The notes under the pieces: generated by a model
The model's input: the letters and a program-made list of their open reading frames with translations, nothing else
Told to the model about the DNA's origin: nothing
Database searches by the model: none
Translations under genes and position numbers: made by a program
In this document: in pieces, positions 35,609-50,100 of the stretch
Layout of the letters: every line of letters begins with the position of its first letter
Position numbering within the stretch: the stretch's first letter is position 1
Assembly (NCBI RefSeq): GCF_025526975.1
Contig: NW_026515674.1
Coordinates: 558,001-622,000, forward strand
Length of the DNA stretch: 64,000 nt
Source: Fimicolochytrium jonesii
Lineage: Eukaryota
Direction: 5' to 3'

Positions 35609-36395
35609 TTTCGGGCTTTTTGAGGTCGAAACGTCGACCTTGATCTATTGGCGATCGTGGCTGCTCCTCAGAGAATGTGGCCCGACCGAAAGAAGGCGGT
35701 AGAAGCTAGCTATTCAGCGTAAGCCCACTCCTCGATAGAGAATTGATACGGGAGGGTAGCACGGATTTCTAGCCTGAGGGGTATTGAGCTCTGCTGTTGG
35801 AAACCAGTTGGTTTTCGAGATCTCCATTTCCCAGGGTCCGCTGCATGCACTGAATGAGAGGTTCGTTGGCCTCACTGAATCTGCAGAAGAGCCCGCCTAC
35901 CGTGTTCTCCTGTTCCGCTCACCGGCAAACGCACGAGCAGCGTGTTCTCACGTTCTCGTTCAACCTGCTGCGCGTTCGTCTATCCACAGGACGAGATAGT
36001 GGCAAGGGCAGAAAGGTACGTACTCAAAGGGGGGGTCTTCGAAGAGCAACCGCAACTCCAGGGAAGTTCAGGAGTCCATGGGGGGGGGCCAGGCCCCGGG
36101 AGTATGTCCGTCTCAGAAGGTGAAGAGGACATCGTGAGATCGCCGATTTGCCGGAACGCGGAGAGGCGGAGGCGGCGTATTTCTCAGAGGCGAAAGGCTT
36201 GGAATTCAGGACAGTTTTCGCAACTTCCGCTGTGCGAGCGGCCGTCGTTCCCTCAGTCAATTCACAACTGAGAGAAAGGCCAGAGTTCCCGTTCTCTCTC
36301 CCCCTAACTTCAACTTCATCAAAGCGTCTTTGTCGTCGGCTTCCCAGCGCTCCCAAGGAAACCACTTCAAGTTTTCGTTGACTTTACTCGTTGCA

Positions 36396-38158
36396 ATGGC
36401 GACACCTTCAGCTCCAGTTGCAACCGAAATTCCGCAAAAGCGGGTGGCGGTCGTAGGCTCGGGCTTGGCAGGCCTGAGCGTCGCATATCTGCTAGCCTCC
36501 AACGGCTTCGTCGTGCATATCTACGAGAAGGGCCCTAGGCTGGGTCTCGCCGCCGCGAGCATAATTGTGCGAGTCCCCGCTGAAAACGCTGGTCAGGACA
36601 GGAATGGACACATTGGCGAAGAAGACCTTATAATGGACGTTCCCATGCGGTCGTTTTTCCCAGAACACTACTCATACCTCACTGCATTATACAAGCACCT
36701 TCATATTCCATATCACACATCCGATAACAGCATATCGTTCTCTGAATACCGCTCCGCCGGTACAGGCGCCACTCCAGGGTTTTCCTTTTCGTGCTTCAAG
36801 CCATCTTTCCTCTCTGGCTCTATCTCATACCCAGACCTCTTTGGCGTCGACGGAAGGTCGCCATGGCGGGCTCTAAAAACGGTCGCCGGCTACTTGAAGT
36901 TTTTGGCGATTGTTCAATATTTGTCACTCACGGGCAAGATAAGATCAGAGCTGGAAGGACTTACGTTGGACGACTTTTGGGTGCGGTATGGCATATCAAG
37001 AGAGTACGTTGAGGGCGCCTTCATACCGCTGTTCTGTGGTGTGTGTACTTGCGAGAGCGACACTCTGGGACAGTTTCCCGCCGTCACCATACTAGGTGAG
37101 CTCAACCCTTACGTGCGGAAGTCTCGAAGCGCTGCTAACACACATTCGAATCAGAGTATGTTTCCCGAGCCATGCCGTTCGGTCGCATGTCGTTCGTGAC
37201 ACCTGGAGTAGAGTCCGTGTGTGAGGCGCTGACCCAGCCTGTACAACAAGTCTATCTGCGAACGGCGGTAGCCGGCATCTATCAGTCTTCGAGTTCACCG
37301 TCTTTGGAGAAGCAGAATCGTTTCCCCACGCCACCACCAGATGATACTCTGACAACTACAGGCACAGGGAAGGTGACCGTGGAGACGACAGAGGGGATAC
37401 GGCGGCGATATGACCATGTCGTGTTTGCAACACAAGCAAACCAGGCTGCACGTATCCTAAAGGGTACCGCCGGTGTACCTCTTGACGGTGATGCGAAGAT
37501 CACCGCAGATCAAATTCGATTGCTGGAACGCTTCCAGTACGCGAAAAGCATCGTGACATGCCATACTGACGCATCGCTCATGCCGCAGAACGAGTCAATG
37601 TGGCGATGCATGAACTTCTTCACCCACACGGGCATTGATGACGCCACATCAACGGACGCGGATAGTACATCCACCGACAACAGCGCAGACTTCCAATTCC
37701 CCTACGCAACCCACAAAACCCCAACCTGCACCCACTACTTCAACATGTCCCACAACACCCGGAAGCCCATCAAAGGCACTGACTATTTCCAAACCACCAA
37801 CCCCTACCGCATGCCCGCGCCCGACAAGACGATCGCCACAACATGGTTCGAGCGCGCGGTGGTCACCCTCGATTCCGCGAAAGCCGTCGACGACCTCTCG
37901 GCGTTGCAAGGGCTTGGAAGGCGGTGGTTTGTAGGCAGTTGGGCGTGGGAGGGGATTCCACTTTTGGAAGGGTGCGTGGCGAGCGCGGTGGAGGTTGCAA
38001 AGGGGATTGCTGAGCAGGAAGGCGTGGACGGGTTTTATGTGCCGTGGAATGTGCCGGCGGACTCGGTAGGGAAACAGGGACTGTTTTCGGGATATTGGAT
38101 TCTTTGGACGTTACTGGCGGTGGCGTGTGCGGCGTACTTGGCATCGGTGATAATATAG
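36396..38158 (+). CDS. FAD/NAD(P)-binding oxidoreductase (amine-oxidase-like) with C-terminal TM helix
   Basis: RVAVVGSGLAGLSVAY...IYEK Rossmann motif, YDHVVFATQA, CHTDASLMP, WFVGSWAWEGIPLLEGCV. One intron at about 37096-37154. Confidence 0.85.
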
Positions 38159-38787
38159 AATCGCAATGATTTTATAGGACAGCCCACGGACGCCTTGATA
38201 TGTAGAAGTAGTGTATCATACATAGAATTGCTATTGCCAAATATGCATTCATCAAAACTTCACTCTGGCACGACCACAGGTTTCTACTTTAGTAGATGCG
38301 GTAGCCTGTATGAACGGTACTTGGTGACGATGAGGCGGTCAATGACGACCTAGCTTTCGCATGACCTCAAATGAACAGGGCTACAGACCGGTCGTGCACT
38401 CAATGCAGTGCAGATGTGAATGTGGGATCATAGCTGGGGCCATGCTCGACACCATCTGCTGCTATCGAAGCCCGCGGCGGAGGAAATATCTTCCGCGTCG
38501 CTTTTCCTGCGTCGATCATCGGGCATCGTGGCGACGCAGGGCAGAGAGGAGAAAGGCGTTTGCCAAAGGTGAAATGGGCGTGGGAACCACCAAGCACACA
38601 CTCGCGGTGAGTATAGAGTAGCATGCAACAGGCGCCAGGGTCTTGTCGGAACATGCTGAGCTCCACAGAGTTCACGCCACAAGTTCGTCTGAAGAGGATT
38701 CGACAGTGGGCAGCAGGGCTTGATCCTTCCCCCAAGATGTCGAGGGTAGCTGACACAAGAAATATGTTTACTTCCAAGACGTTCCCT

Positions 38788-40559
38788 TCACGAAGCGCCA
38801 CTCTCGCGTGTATTGAACTGCGTACTAGTCCCATCCCGTTTCATGATGGTCACGTTCGGTCCCTTCTTGGGAGACCCGTCCCCAGCATCCTCCTTCTCTT
38901 TCGTTGCAGTAGGACGTTCTTTTCTCGGTTTTTGAGCAGGTTTCCGCTCCGGGCTGTCGGTTGTCAGTGAGCTCGATGAAGTTTCTTTGCTTTTATCGCC
39001 AGTGCCCCGGTCCTTTTTGCGGCGGGACTTTGGGGTGCTGCTAGCCTCAGGTTCGACGGAATCTTGCGAAGCGCCCTTTTGTTTGCCGTCATTCGCTGTA
39101 CCAAACGGCTGGCCCTCACTGCGTTCTCCGTTCGCATCCTCCGGCGCTGGGTTCGCGAAGGCTTGCCGTTTGCTGCGATAGCCTCGACCGCCTTCTTTTT
39201 CCTTCTTCACCAGAGGCTGCTCAATTTCTGCCTTCTCGCCACCCATAAAATCCTTCGGAGCGCCAGTATCTGGCGCCACCTGCGATGCCAAGTCATTCGC
39301 CAATTTTTTCCTCGCCCCTTCTCGACGCTTCGCCACAGTTCCAGTTCCCAAAACCGCGCCAAGGGACTTGTTGAACAGGGATCCAGACGGCGCCATGCGT
39401 TGCTTCCTCTCGGTAGGATTGTCTGCCGGCTGCTTCTTGGGAGACGTCTGCGCTGTCTCTGGCTCTTTAGCTACAGCCGGGCCTGCTTTGTCCTTTGACC
39501 TTGAGTCTGGACGTTTGACGATCGACGGCGGACCAACCACTGTCTTCGACGGTTTGACCCCTGCAGTGGGTTTCGCTTTTGTCGCAGCCTTCGCCTTTTC
39601 CATTTTTGCCGTCTCAGTGGCCTTTGCATCGATCTGCGCTTGCTTCGCGGCCGCAGTTGCTGCCTTGTTGGCGTCCTGAAGCGCTTTGACTTTGGCTTTC
39701 TTTGCCCGGAGCGCGTCCAGGAGAGGCGTGGACTGCTTTTCGGCCGGTGCCAACCCTCTGGGAAGGTTGCTGACTGAGGATGTCACAATGGTGATCTTGC
39801 TGCTCGCTTGTTGATCTGCAAGGAGGCTCTTTTCCAACTTCTCCAGCTGTGTCTCGCCGGTCAGGCCGCTGGTCCCATTGACGGTGGTGCTTTCCAGGTC
39901 CTCCTCCAGGCTCCCGAGAAACTTTTGGTAATCTGCATCTGCTCAATCGGTTGTGATTGAGTCGTCTGATATTCCGCTCGAAAGCTCTTGCGCATATTCT
40001 CATACCCTGCTCAATGGTGTTCAATCGCGGGTCAGGTTTGCTCCTCTTCTTCGGGATTCGCTGGAAAGGCGCGAATTCCACAACGGCACGATACTCGTTG
40101 CCTAGTTTGCGGGAAGAGTGAGCAAACGCTCTTCAAAAGCAGGATCATGCGAAGTGAGCCATCTCACCTCTGCCATCCAAGAACTGATGTCCATTGTACT
40201 TGTTACAGAACTCCAACATCACCTCAGGTTCCTGGAAGTTCAGGTACGCCCGCGAAAACACGCTGACCTTCGCTTGACTGGAAGAAGTTATTGATCAGAA
40301 TTGCATGCAACGTGGAAGCCTGACATAACATTCTAGAGCAGCCACCTCTTGGCAAGTTTCCCAGGAACATATCGCCACCAGTCCGTTTGCTGCAACCACA
40401 CCTCTGCCGAAGTTTCGAAGATATTCTCAGGTAGGTTGGGCGGTAACCTCCGCACTACGATCTTTGTCCGGGGTACAGGCCCTTTGGACCTCTGACCGCC
40501 ACGCTGCTGTCGGGCGCGGCGGGACGAAGCTGATTTGGCTTCTTCGTTAGTCGGTTCAT
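38788..40559 (-). CDS. UPF3: Nonsense-mediated decay protein 3 (Smg4/Upf3), multi-exon
   Basis: KIVVRRLPPNLPE, FSRAYLNF, FLDGRG, VVEFAPFQRIP, TPLLDALR, followed by a long low-complexity tail. Confidence 0.9.
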
Positions 40560-41047
40560 TTGTCCTTTCTTCTGAGGTAGGTGGGGGATTCAGTCGGTAA
40601 GGAATCCAGGCCAGACGCGACCGAACATGACGTGCGAATATCGCTTCATTCCCCGACGGAATGGTGTGATATGGACATACCTGGCTGACTGGGAGTTGCA
40701 GCCACCATGTTTGTTGCTGCTGAATGCTGGGTTTCCCCTTCTACTGTCTACTGTCTATGGTTTTCGGAAGGGGCTGAGCGATCACCGTGCGAGAATGTCC
40801 GTGACGAAGTTCCTTGGTCCACTGGAGGCGACTTGGGGCGACGCGGGGTCTCATCGCGGGCTCTTTCTGCTTCTTTTTATTTCTTCCGCCGGCAAGCCCG
40901 TCTGAATACACACAGTATACATATACAGAACGCTCCCAGAAGAGACACCCTTTTCCTTTCTGGAAAAAGTCTGAGCGCGACTCCGACTCTTGTACGAAAC
41001 AGGGTAGCAGCAACGATCCCCTCGCACACTTTTCGGTTCTATCCCCG

Positions 41048-41281
41048 ATGACCGCTTCAAGATCGACGCCTACCTCACAGAAGCCGGCCACCGCTGGGCC
41101 AACATCACAACCTGAAGACGAGGAGGAAGACCCGTACATCACACGCATCAAAAATTCAGGCTGTTTCCCCCAACATGAGGCCCTGCAGGACTGCCATTTT
41201 GCAAAGAAGGACTGGCGCAAGTGCAAGGACGAGATGCTTGCCTTCCGACAATGTTTCGAGCGGAATTCGAAGAAGGGATGA
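41048..41281 (+). CDS. COA4: Twin CX9C cytochrome c oxidase assembly factor 4
   Basis: DPYITRIKNSGCFPQHEALQDC...KDWRKCKDEMLAFRQC contains two CX9C motifs. Confidence 0.85.
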   Translation: MTASRSTPTSQKPATAGPTSQPEDEEEDPYITRIKNSGCFPQHEALQDCHFAKKDWRKCKDEMLAFRQCFERNSKKG

Positions 41282-42619
41282 GAGGGAACTCTGAATCTCA
41301 GAGTTGTGGCAACATCATGATGGTCGGGAAGTGGAGAGTCCCGGGCGAATGAGTCCCACTAATTAGAGGCAACGCCGGACATGGATGCGAGAAACATCGG
41401 TCGGAAGCAGATTTTTTGTTTATATACCAATCACTGAAGTCGGGCTGGGCTAAGAGCACCACAGGGACTAGTCATAGCGGAATCGAATTTGAGGCGTAAG
41501 ATTTCGCCTTTGACTCGATGTCAATACCGTACATACTTCGGCAATTCTGCTTGTGGGTTGAGCGGAATGTGGAATATCGGAAGAGCTTAGGCAGCTACCA
41601 GCGCACTTGGCTCCAATTTGCGCATGACTTGATCCAATGCTTACTCACAAGCACTAGGATCGCACTTCGCTCGCCTGCCATCGCTAGTACTAAATTCCTT
41701 ATTTCGTCATCAAGTTGACACATGCTGTGGAATAGATTCAGCGTCTGCAGATTTTCATGTTCAAACCCTTTGCAAGAGCGCAGCATCTTTTGTTCGGGAC
41801 GAGCCGAATATGCAGTCTGGCACTCGCTCCGCATGCCCCACGTAACATAAGGTCGCAGAGGGAGGAGCCCTCAGCATTTGAGGGATGATCAAGGATTGTG
41901 TGGCAGTTGAGTAGTCCATCAAATGGGAAAAACGGATTATTGGGCATCTTGATTGTCCTGCGAAGTGTGGCTTGAAGCTCGCCGCTATGCGCGGGCTGAG
42001 TCACGCAGGGCGGATCTCCGTTGACCGCTACGATATATAGACCCTTTTACGCGCCATTTCATCTCCCGCTCCTCGGCGCGGAGGGTCCGGAGCTCGATCG
42101 GAAGCCTAGCTAAAAGAGTTTCCGGTTTCCTCAACGAGTCGACGACAGCAAAGCTGTATGCGAAAGAGGGCAGCAGCGACAGCCCCGAGGTTGACCTCTA
42201 CACGCTGCGACATCCTCTCTCGAAGAATGCGCTGCACGTGCAAGCTTGTGAAGAAGAGTCCGATACAGTCATGAACGGTGATGGCAACTTAGAAGCTCCT
42301 GTGAAGGGATGGGTGACAAACTTGGCGGGAACGATTGAACAGTGGCCGCAAGGCTTGTGACGGCGTGACCGGGCTAAGGGATGCAATTGTTCACGAATGT
42401 TCAGGTTCCGAATCGAATAAGTCTATCCCTGTCGCAGAGCGTGAGACAAGGGATGACAGTCAACCTTCCGACTGCTTCGCGGCAGATGCGGTGCTGTACA
42501 GAGCAGCAAATGTACAAAAGCGACTCGATGTCCGTCGGCCCCCTCGGAACTGATGCAAACCCGTGGCCCACAGATTACATTTCCTCCCATTACACCTTGA
42601 TCAATATTCTTCCCCCATC

Positions 42620-43729
42620 ATGCAGTACTTGAATCTGGGAGCGATCCTCTTCCTCGCCATTACCGGTCACTTTTCCCTCACGGTGACTGCCCAGCGCACC
42701 GTTCAAGGTTAGATCACGTAGACCATCCGTTGTCCTGAAGCACCCCACATCATAACTTCTCCGGTCTCATGTCCACCAGCCAATTGGAACGTCCCGCAAA
42801 CCCCGCGGAGCGGCGGTCAAGAAGCCGTCTACATCAATGACTTTGGAAGCGACACAGATCTTACAGTTTCAACGGTCACCAATCTCACTGCCGTCATCCG
42901 CGACGAGAGTCAAGCGATCGTGGATGTCGCCATCTACCAATCGAAGACCTGGTCTTGGGTTTGGTATGTACATGCCAGATGGAGCACCGCGCCAGCAATA
43001 CTTCCAGGCTAAACGCGCATGTAGGTATATTCCCGTTCTTTTGCCGAGTGGCAAGTACCATTTCGAGGTTCAAGCCGATGCGACCACGAAAGACGGCCCA
43101 GGCAAGATCAGGTTTCAATCGCCCGACATCACCGTCACGCAAGCCTTCCCGGCGTGCAAGACCGATGACTTTCAACCAAAGACACTGAGTAACTTCCGAC
43201 CCGTCATCTTCTCGGGTCCAAAGGTAAGGGTTACACGGGTCCCCATCTTGCTTCACAGAGACATTGATCTTACCGATATCCACTGTGTCCGCAGGCCGGA
43301 GACTCGTACTCGCCAGGCTCGTCCATCGGCGTCTACTTCCAGTGGATCGACGGCAACCACGCATTCGGCAAGGGCGTCTTCAAACAGAACCTTGAGCTTC
43401 TCTTCGAAGACGACAGCGAGCATATCCCACTCTCCATCTCCAACCACGACCGTGACCCGACCTCGTCATCGGAGAACTTTGCGGTGCCGCAATCGATTCC
43501 GTACGGACGTTATCGTCTGCGAACCAACTACACCCTGGCCGAAACCGGCCAGGACGCCGTGATTTCGAGCTATTCTGATCAGTTTGTCATCTCAAAGGAT
43601 GGGTTGTGCCCTCAAGGATCGTCTACTGCCGCCGGGTCAAAGTCGGCGGCTTTGGGGAGGGTCAGGACCTTGGGAATGAGGTACCTTGTGGCTGTTTTGT
43701 TTGTGGTTGCTTTCATCGCCTTGGTGTAG
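42620..43729 (+). CDS. Hypothetical secreted, probably GPI- or TM-anchored protein, multi-exon
   Basis: Signal peptide MQYLNLGAILFLAITGHFSLTVTA; GT-AG introns with donors GTTAGA, GTATGT, GTAAGG; hydrophobic C-terminus YLVAVLFVVAFIALV. Confidence 0.65.
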
Positions 43730-44109
43730 AACGCTTTCCGAAAGGGCATTCTTGCTGGCAAGAGTCGTTTTGCGCAAGATCAGGGGTGAGAGACTTTTGT
43801 GGGATCGTGTAATATCACCGTGTGTAAATGTGAGCAAAGTAAAGTCGATTAAAGTCGAGTAAAGATGTGGTCGATTCGTGCTTCCGATCGCTCCCCAAAG
43901 CATAAAATGTGCCCGGCGGGAGGTCTGCTAACAGAAGATCGACAAGAATCATGAAAAAAGGGGAACGACCCAGTGCGACTTCTACTTTGATTACACAAGA
44001 TGTTACTGATGGGTGTCGGCCAAAAAGGAAAGGGCATTGCCACAGGAAACGCTGAGACAGACCCGTGCAACTACGCTACAGTACGCCGGGACATCCATTG
44101 TTAAGTAGC

Positions 44110-45275
44110 CTAATCTGCTCGTATAATGCTGCCCCCCGATGGGTCTGCCTTCAGTTTTCTTTGCATCATCAAGTACCAATCTTGCAACGCCTATCCGCGA
44201 TGAATGAAGCAGATTCAGCCACCGCCACCAAGGAAAAATGGAAGTCAGTCCGCAATGCCGCATACCTTCAGAGGGATGAACGTAGACCCCCAGTCCATCC
44301 CAAACAACGCGGTCGACATGGGCGGCAACGGTCCCGCAAAGCTCGAACAGAAATTGTACAAGCTCTCCAGTACCTTCTCCACCAATTTCATGGGGTCCAC
44401 ATTCCTGACGATCGCGCCCGCAGCTGCGGGATTACGCGACGGGGAATTCGCATGCAAAGTATTGATTTGCGCCATTACGATGTCGATTGATTCGACAGAG
44501 ATGCCCAGTTGCGCCGGGCTCGTGGCGGCTATCCCGGGGGTCATGACCGTGGTCGGGGACATGCCATTTGAATTCGTGAACGCCGAAGCGACTGCTTTGT
44601 TGCCTCCGAGTTTGAATATGGCGGACGGTTTTTCATTTGAGAGCATTCCTAGTAATTGCCATTGCGGTGCCGCGCTTGGTGATGGCCTGCATATGAACTG
44701 AAATCAGTATGTGCTTGCTCTCCGAGACATCAGTTATGCGATGTATTCAGCATACCACAAGAAATGCACCGTAGCTGCGAATCCTGGCGGGAAGGCCTGC
44801 ACGCCAGTCATGAAGACAACTATTGAGAAGCGCCGCATCTTTGAGCCGCCGTACCGATTCTACCGTGATCATGAGTTCTTCTGCATACCTATGTGATTGA
44901 TCGATTGCGGGTCTTCCAGATCAAAAACATACTGGTATGAGTTAGCATGACGCCACCCAACCCTTCCGACTGACCAGTCCTTCTCTACTCGCCTACCTTC
45001 GTCGCATCAACTGCAAATCACCGAACGACGCGGAGTTGATAGTCTGGCGGTGAGATTGTGGCTCCAAAAGAAGGCACATTTTCATACAAGCTCCCAAGCC
45101 TCCTCCGCAAACTACCTCGGCGGCAACCGTCGAATCCGTTGCATCATCCCACCCCTACCTTGCTGCATATTGGTTTGCACCTATGGTTATCAACCGGTCA
45201 GTAAGACGGTACGTTCAAAGGCATATTCAGCTTTGCGAGGCTTACCAGTCGCCCGGCAATAATGCAACCGAACAT
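44110..45275 (-). CDS. HIKESHI: Hikeshi/OPI10 (DUF775) family protein, multi-exon
   Basis: MFGCIIAGRL start, SINHI, WQLLGMLSNEKPSAIFKL, AQLGISVE, LYNFCSSF. Confidence 0.88.
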
Positions 45276-45487
45276 CGCCATCTCAAAGGAAGAAAAGGCT
45301 GGATATAAGCGAGGGTGCCTTTCAAAAGGAGATTCACTATGAGAGGGTTGTGTGGTGCTGCTCTCCCCTGCTGAAGGTGGAAATCGTCCCTGTCCGACGC
45401 GACAGCCTATGATTACAGGCCGAGGAAGTTGCTCGAACACTCCATTCGCTTTTGCCCCACACTTTCAGAAGACGCCCTGCAACAACA

Positions 45488-47033
45488 ATGGCCAACCGCA
45501 CGGCAACCGAGGCCAAGACCATCCACGGCACCAACCCGCAGTTTCTCATAGAGAAAATCCTGCGCACACGCATCCATGACTCGCTGTACTGGAAGGAGCA
45601 CTGTTTCGCCCTCACTGCGGAATCCATCATCGACAAAGCCGTCGCTCTCACTTCGATCGGCGGACAATATGGAAACCAGAAACCGACCGAGTTTATCTGC
45701 TTGGCGCTGAAGATGCTGCAGCTACAGCCTGAGAAGGATATTGTCAAGTTGTACATACAAAACGAGGACTATAAGTAGGTTTCTTGGAATGGTGTGGGCT
45801 CGCAGAGACGTAGATCAGTTTGATTCACAATTCAATCCCTTTGCAGATACTTAAGGGCCCTCGGAGCTTTCTATCTACGGCTTACGGGGACCTCTTTGGA
45901 AATATATAAGTACTTAGAACCACTATTAGGAGACCTCAGAAAGCTCCGTCGGCGGAATATATGTGAGTTTACACCGCAGTATTCGCCGTCGCACTTGAGC
46001 TCTCTGCTAACATCATCGTTTTACAGCTGGTGGATTTGAGCTGACGCACGTTGACGAGTTCGTCGATGAGCTGCTACACTCGGATCGGGTATGCGACACC
46101 ATTCTTCCTCGCATCACCAAACGCCACATCATGGAGGAGAACGGAGACATCGAACCGAGGATCAGTCCCCTAGAAGAAGATCTAGAGGAAGAAGAGATTC
46201 TGGACGATGAGCGATTCAAGAACGACGTGGAAAGGCGAAGACAGAAAATAGTCAAGGGTCCTGATTCTGGACATTACGACTCCGAAGAAGGCGCCATTGA
46301 TGAGCCAGAGCCACGGCGGAAGGAGGGCTCGGAGGGGCGTGAACGCGACCGTGACGGCCGTTATGTGGATAGTAGGGCTAGGAGCAGAAGCAGGAGTGGT
46401 GACAGACATCGGCGTAGTGTCAGCCGGAGTCGGAGTCGGAGCCGCAGTCGAGACCATATTCGGGACCGCGCCAGACGACATGACTCTAGCCGCGACTCTA
46501 GCCGTGATCGTGGGTTCTCCCGTCCCCGGTCCCCGTCCCACCGCGATCGATCCCCTCGATCTTACCACCGCGACAGGGACGACCGTCGCTCCTACCACTC
46601 TGACTCACGAGATAGGTATCGTCGCGACGATCACAGACGACGCGGCTACGACGGCCGATGTAGGAGTAGGAGTAGGAGCATCGATCGATCTCGCAGAACA
46701 CGCGACGATAGACGAGACAGGAGTTCGAGTAGGGACCGATACCCGCCACGGCAGGAGCACAGACGTGGGGCGGACCGACCGAGGGAATCGTCTGTTGGGG
46801 CGGACGATGGGCGGAGTCCTGAACGACGAGGGGAGAAGATGGCTATCTCCTCCGAAAAAGTTGCCTCGCTGTTCAAGAAGAAAAGCGGAGGGCCGGCCAA
46901 GAAGGGCTCTTCTTCGTCCTCGATACCAGGGAGGAGCAGAAATGAGGATAGTGGGAAGGGTGGTGGTGAGTCGATGTCCATTGAGGAAACGAATAAGGTC
47001 AGGGCATCCCTCGGCCTGAAGCCTTTGAAGTAG
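45488..47033 (+). CDS. PRP38: Pre-mRNA splicing factor 38A with RS-rich tail
   Basis: MANRTATEAKTIHGTNPQFLIEKILRTRI, KPTEFICLALKMLQLQP, HVDEFVDELL, MSIEETNKVRASLGLKPLK. Confidence 0.95.
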
Positions 47034-47154
47034 ATGTGAACTACGCACTGTATATATATATATCATGCTATCGACTACTAAACATATTATGCACATCGAG
47101 CGAGCGATTCTCGCATTGTGACCAGCACGAGCGATATCCTCAGCTAATGAATCA

Positions 47155-50100
47155 CTAGCTGCGAAGAAGCTGCGCTACTTGATGAATCTTCTCCATGACT
47201 TGGGGAAACATGGCCCCCATGCTCTCGTTTATGAGCGTCTGGAAGTGCTGTATCGCTTCCTCGTCTGTCAAATCCAACATGAACCTCTCTTGGACCTAGA
47301 TTATCAATGGGTCAGCATAGAATCCTTTCACCACGTCACATGAAATGCGCCACACCTTCAAAACCGCCTTATCCGGCTCAATCGCAATATCAGGCACGTT
47401 CGCATTGACCATCAGCGAAAACAAGTTCAGGATCAGATTGGCGTTCTTCCGGAGGATGTTGAAGGCGACGTAGCAGTACGCTTTAAACTTCTGGTAGGAT
47501 GGTGAGGAGGTACCGCCGAGGGCTTCGACCATCTCGCGGGAGAGCTTCATGGGCGGCGGGAAGGGTTTGGGGTCGCGGCCGAGGATGAAGCCGAAATCGA
47601 TGTGGAAGAGGTTGCCTATTGTAACATGGGAGACCATGAATGAGTGACTGCTGACATCGTAAAGGCGCTGAAGTGTCTCATCGACTCACCGCCTACGGTC
47701 AGAAGCAGATTGTCCAGGTGCCGGTCGCCTACTCCGAGTAGGTAGGTGATCACGCAGTAGCCGGCTAGGTGACGAGGAGATGCTGTTGTCAATTCAAAAT
47801 TCCCTGCTCCATCGACGAGGGATAGACATCACTCACCGGTACTCCTAATGTACGTGTCCATAACAATTGGCGGTATGCTGGCGGGCTTGGCCGCATCTCC
47901 GCGGTTATTCTCGCGCAGGTAGTTGAGGAGCGTCCCACCGTACTCCCCTAGGATAGCCGCCAGTGGGAGGGAGGGAATGAATTGCACCATGCCTAGGAAC
48001 GATGTAGGGGAAACTCCATCAGCTAGTGAACAAGACACCCATAAACGAGATGGAAGCAGATGTCCACGGCATACCGTGATCAGACCCCGTCGCAAGGACC
48101 TTATACGGCGTGAGCTTCAGATCCAGGTTCTCCTTCCTCAGCAGTTTATCCATCAAGGTGATGATCTGGACCACTAGCTGATCTTGTCGCAGGTCATCTC
48201 CTGTTTTGAAGATGATCTTCCATCCCCAAAAGGTCAGACTTGGTTTGACGGTCTGCAAGCGAGGTTGAGCGACCACCTACCGTGTACTCTCCTCCATCCA
48301 CACAGGAGAATGTGAGGCGAAGTGGTTGCAGAGCGCTCTTGAAAATGTTCGCCTTGTCTGGCTCCGAAGTTAGCTACGGCAAGGTACGCCACATGTGATC
48401 CAAAACGAGCACGCACCAGGCATGATGCCAATGACTTGGACTTGGGCATCCAACGGGAGCGGCAAAGGCGGGAAAGATAACAGCCCTTTCTTCGGATCTG
48501 CCAAGATATTCCGCAACGTCTCAACCTTGTATGAAACTCGTTAGTCCAAGCCAAACAGAGTCATCGGCCGCCCAGCAATCGCCCTCACCTTCTTGGGCCG
48601 AGCCTCCTTCGACCGCGCCGCCTTTGAGAGATCCAACAGTATCTCCATCAGCTTAGCCTGCCTTTCCAACGTCTTTCTCCGGGCAACCCCATCAGGGACT
48701 TGCACCATCGTCTCCATGAAGTAATAGGCCACTTTGGCATACATCGATCGCCATTGTTTTTCTTCACACTCTACCATGAGATACCTGCGATTCTGCCTGG
48801 TTAGTCAGGCTCACCCGTGAAGTTTGGGATACGCGGCGGTCTTACCAATAAAAGTAGTTGCCGAGGATCGGATTCTTGATGGCTCTATCGATGAGGAACT
48901 CGGCTAATGGCGAATTCTGTAATGTTGTCTTATCCACGATGCCTTCAAACTTTAATGCTTGGACGAGTTGGAGAAGGAAGAGTTGCAAATCCTGTGATAC
49001 CATCGTAAACTGCATGCCCTCGCTGCTTCAATTTGGCAAGACATCCGCACCTCATCATCCGCCTTCCGCAACTGCAGAACTGCGTAGGCACGGACATTGT
49101 TATTCTCAAAGGTCGGGCCAAGCAGCTCCAGCGCGTCCTCGACATCGATGTTGACCCAGACATGCAATAGCTCAGAAGCCTGCTTGGCTTCCACTGGGTC
49201 GGTCCACACAACGCATTTAAGGAATTTTGTGAGCGCCTATGGGGTTTGTACATGTGAGTACAGGTACAGGAAGCGCTGAAGTGAGTCGACATTCGATAAC
49301 TTCACCTTCTTGTCCCTTGTCAGATAAAACCGAAACTTCCAAAGAAGGTCCTTTTCTTCCGTCGTCAGAGTCTGGGAGGGTGGATACCTAAGCAGTTTCT
49401 GGGCGCCACCAAGTGTTGTGAGCAGCTGTAGAATATGCCCGGTGACCATACAGGACTCACATTCAGCTCATCGCGAATCTTTGCATTTGGCTTCAGATCC
49501 CGATCCAGAGGCCCGTTGCGATGGCTTCGGGCCAGTTTCCTGTGCTTGTTCTCCACCGGGTTATCTCGCGCGGCTTCGGGGTCCGGGATGATCTGTAGAT
49601 CGGTTTCGACGGTACGGGCGAGCGGTACGGGAAGGCGGTATTCCTTCGAAAGGCAGTAGGGATGAGTTTATGTATTAAGAGTGAAGTAGGGAATTACGAC
49701 ATGTACCTTTTCGCCGTACACCAGCGGAAAGTCAAATTGTGGCAGATCAATAAAAAGGAAGAGATGCTTTGTCTTCGAGGTCTCATTCTGCAGGGACGCC
49801 ATATCAAGATCTACATCGTTGCATCGGCATCAAAGACCCCATCGCTGAGATTGCAGGGTCTACCTTATTGATGCTCTCGATTTCGCGAAACGTTAAGTGG
49901 TCCAGCCAGTCGAGCCGCGTCATATCTCCCCTTTCATACTTTCGCATGAGCTGATGGCAGGTATCAGTACACAATATCGCAATAGGTTGGAGCGAAAGGC
50001 TTACCTTCTCAATCCTATCCATATCTCCCTCATGAACTGCGTCACTGGGCGTGCTCGATGCATCCTGACCATCCGCCTCTGTCCAGGGCCACATGTACAG

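Noticed and set aside
41400..42560. Short ORFs in a ~1.1-kb gap
   Set aside because: No coherent exon chain, motif or repeat could be supported.
46182..47096. Several long overlapping ORFs (Thr/Ala/Val-rich)
   Set aside because: Alternative frames of the repetitive RS domain of PRP38.
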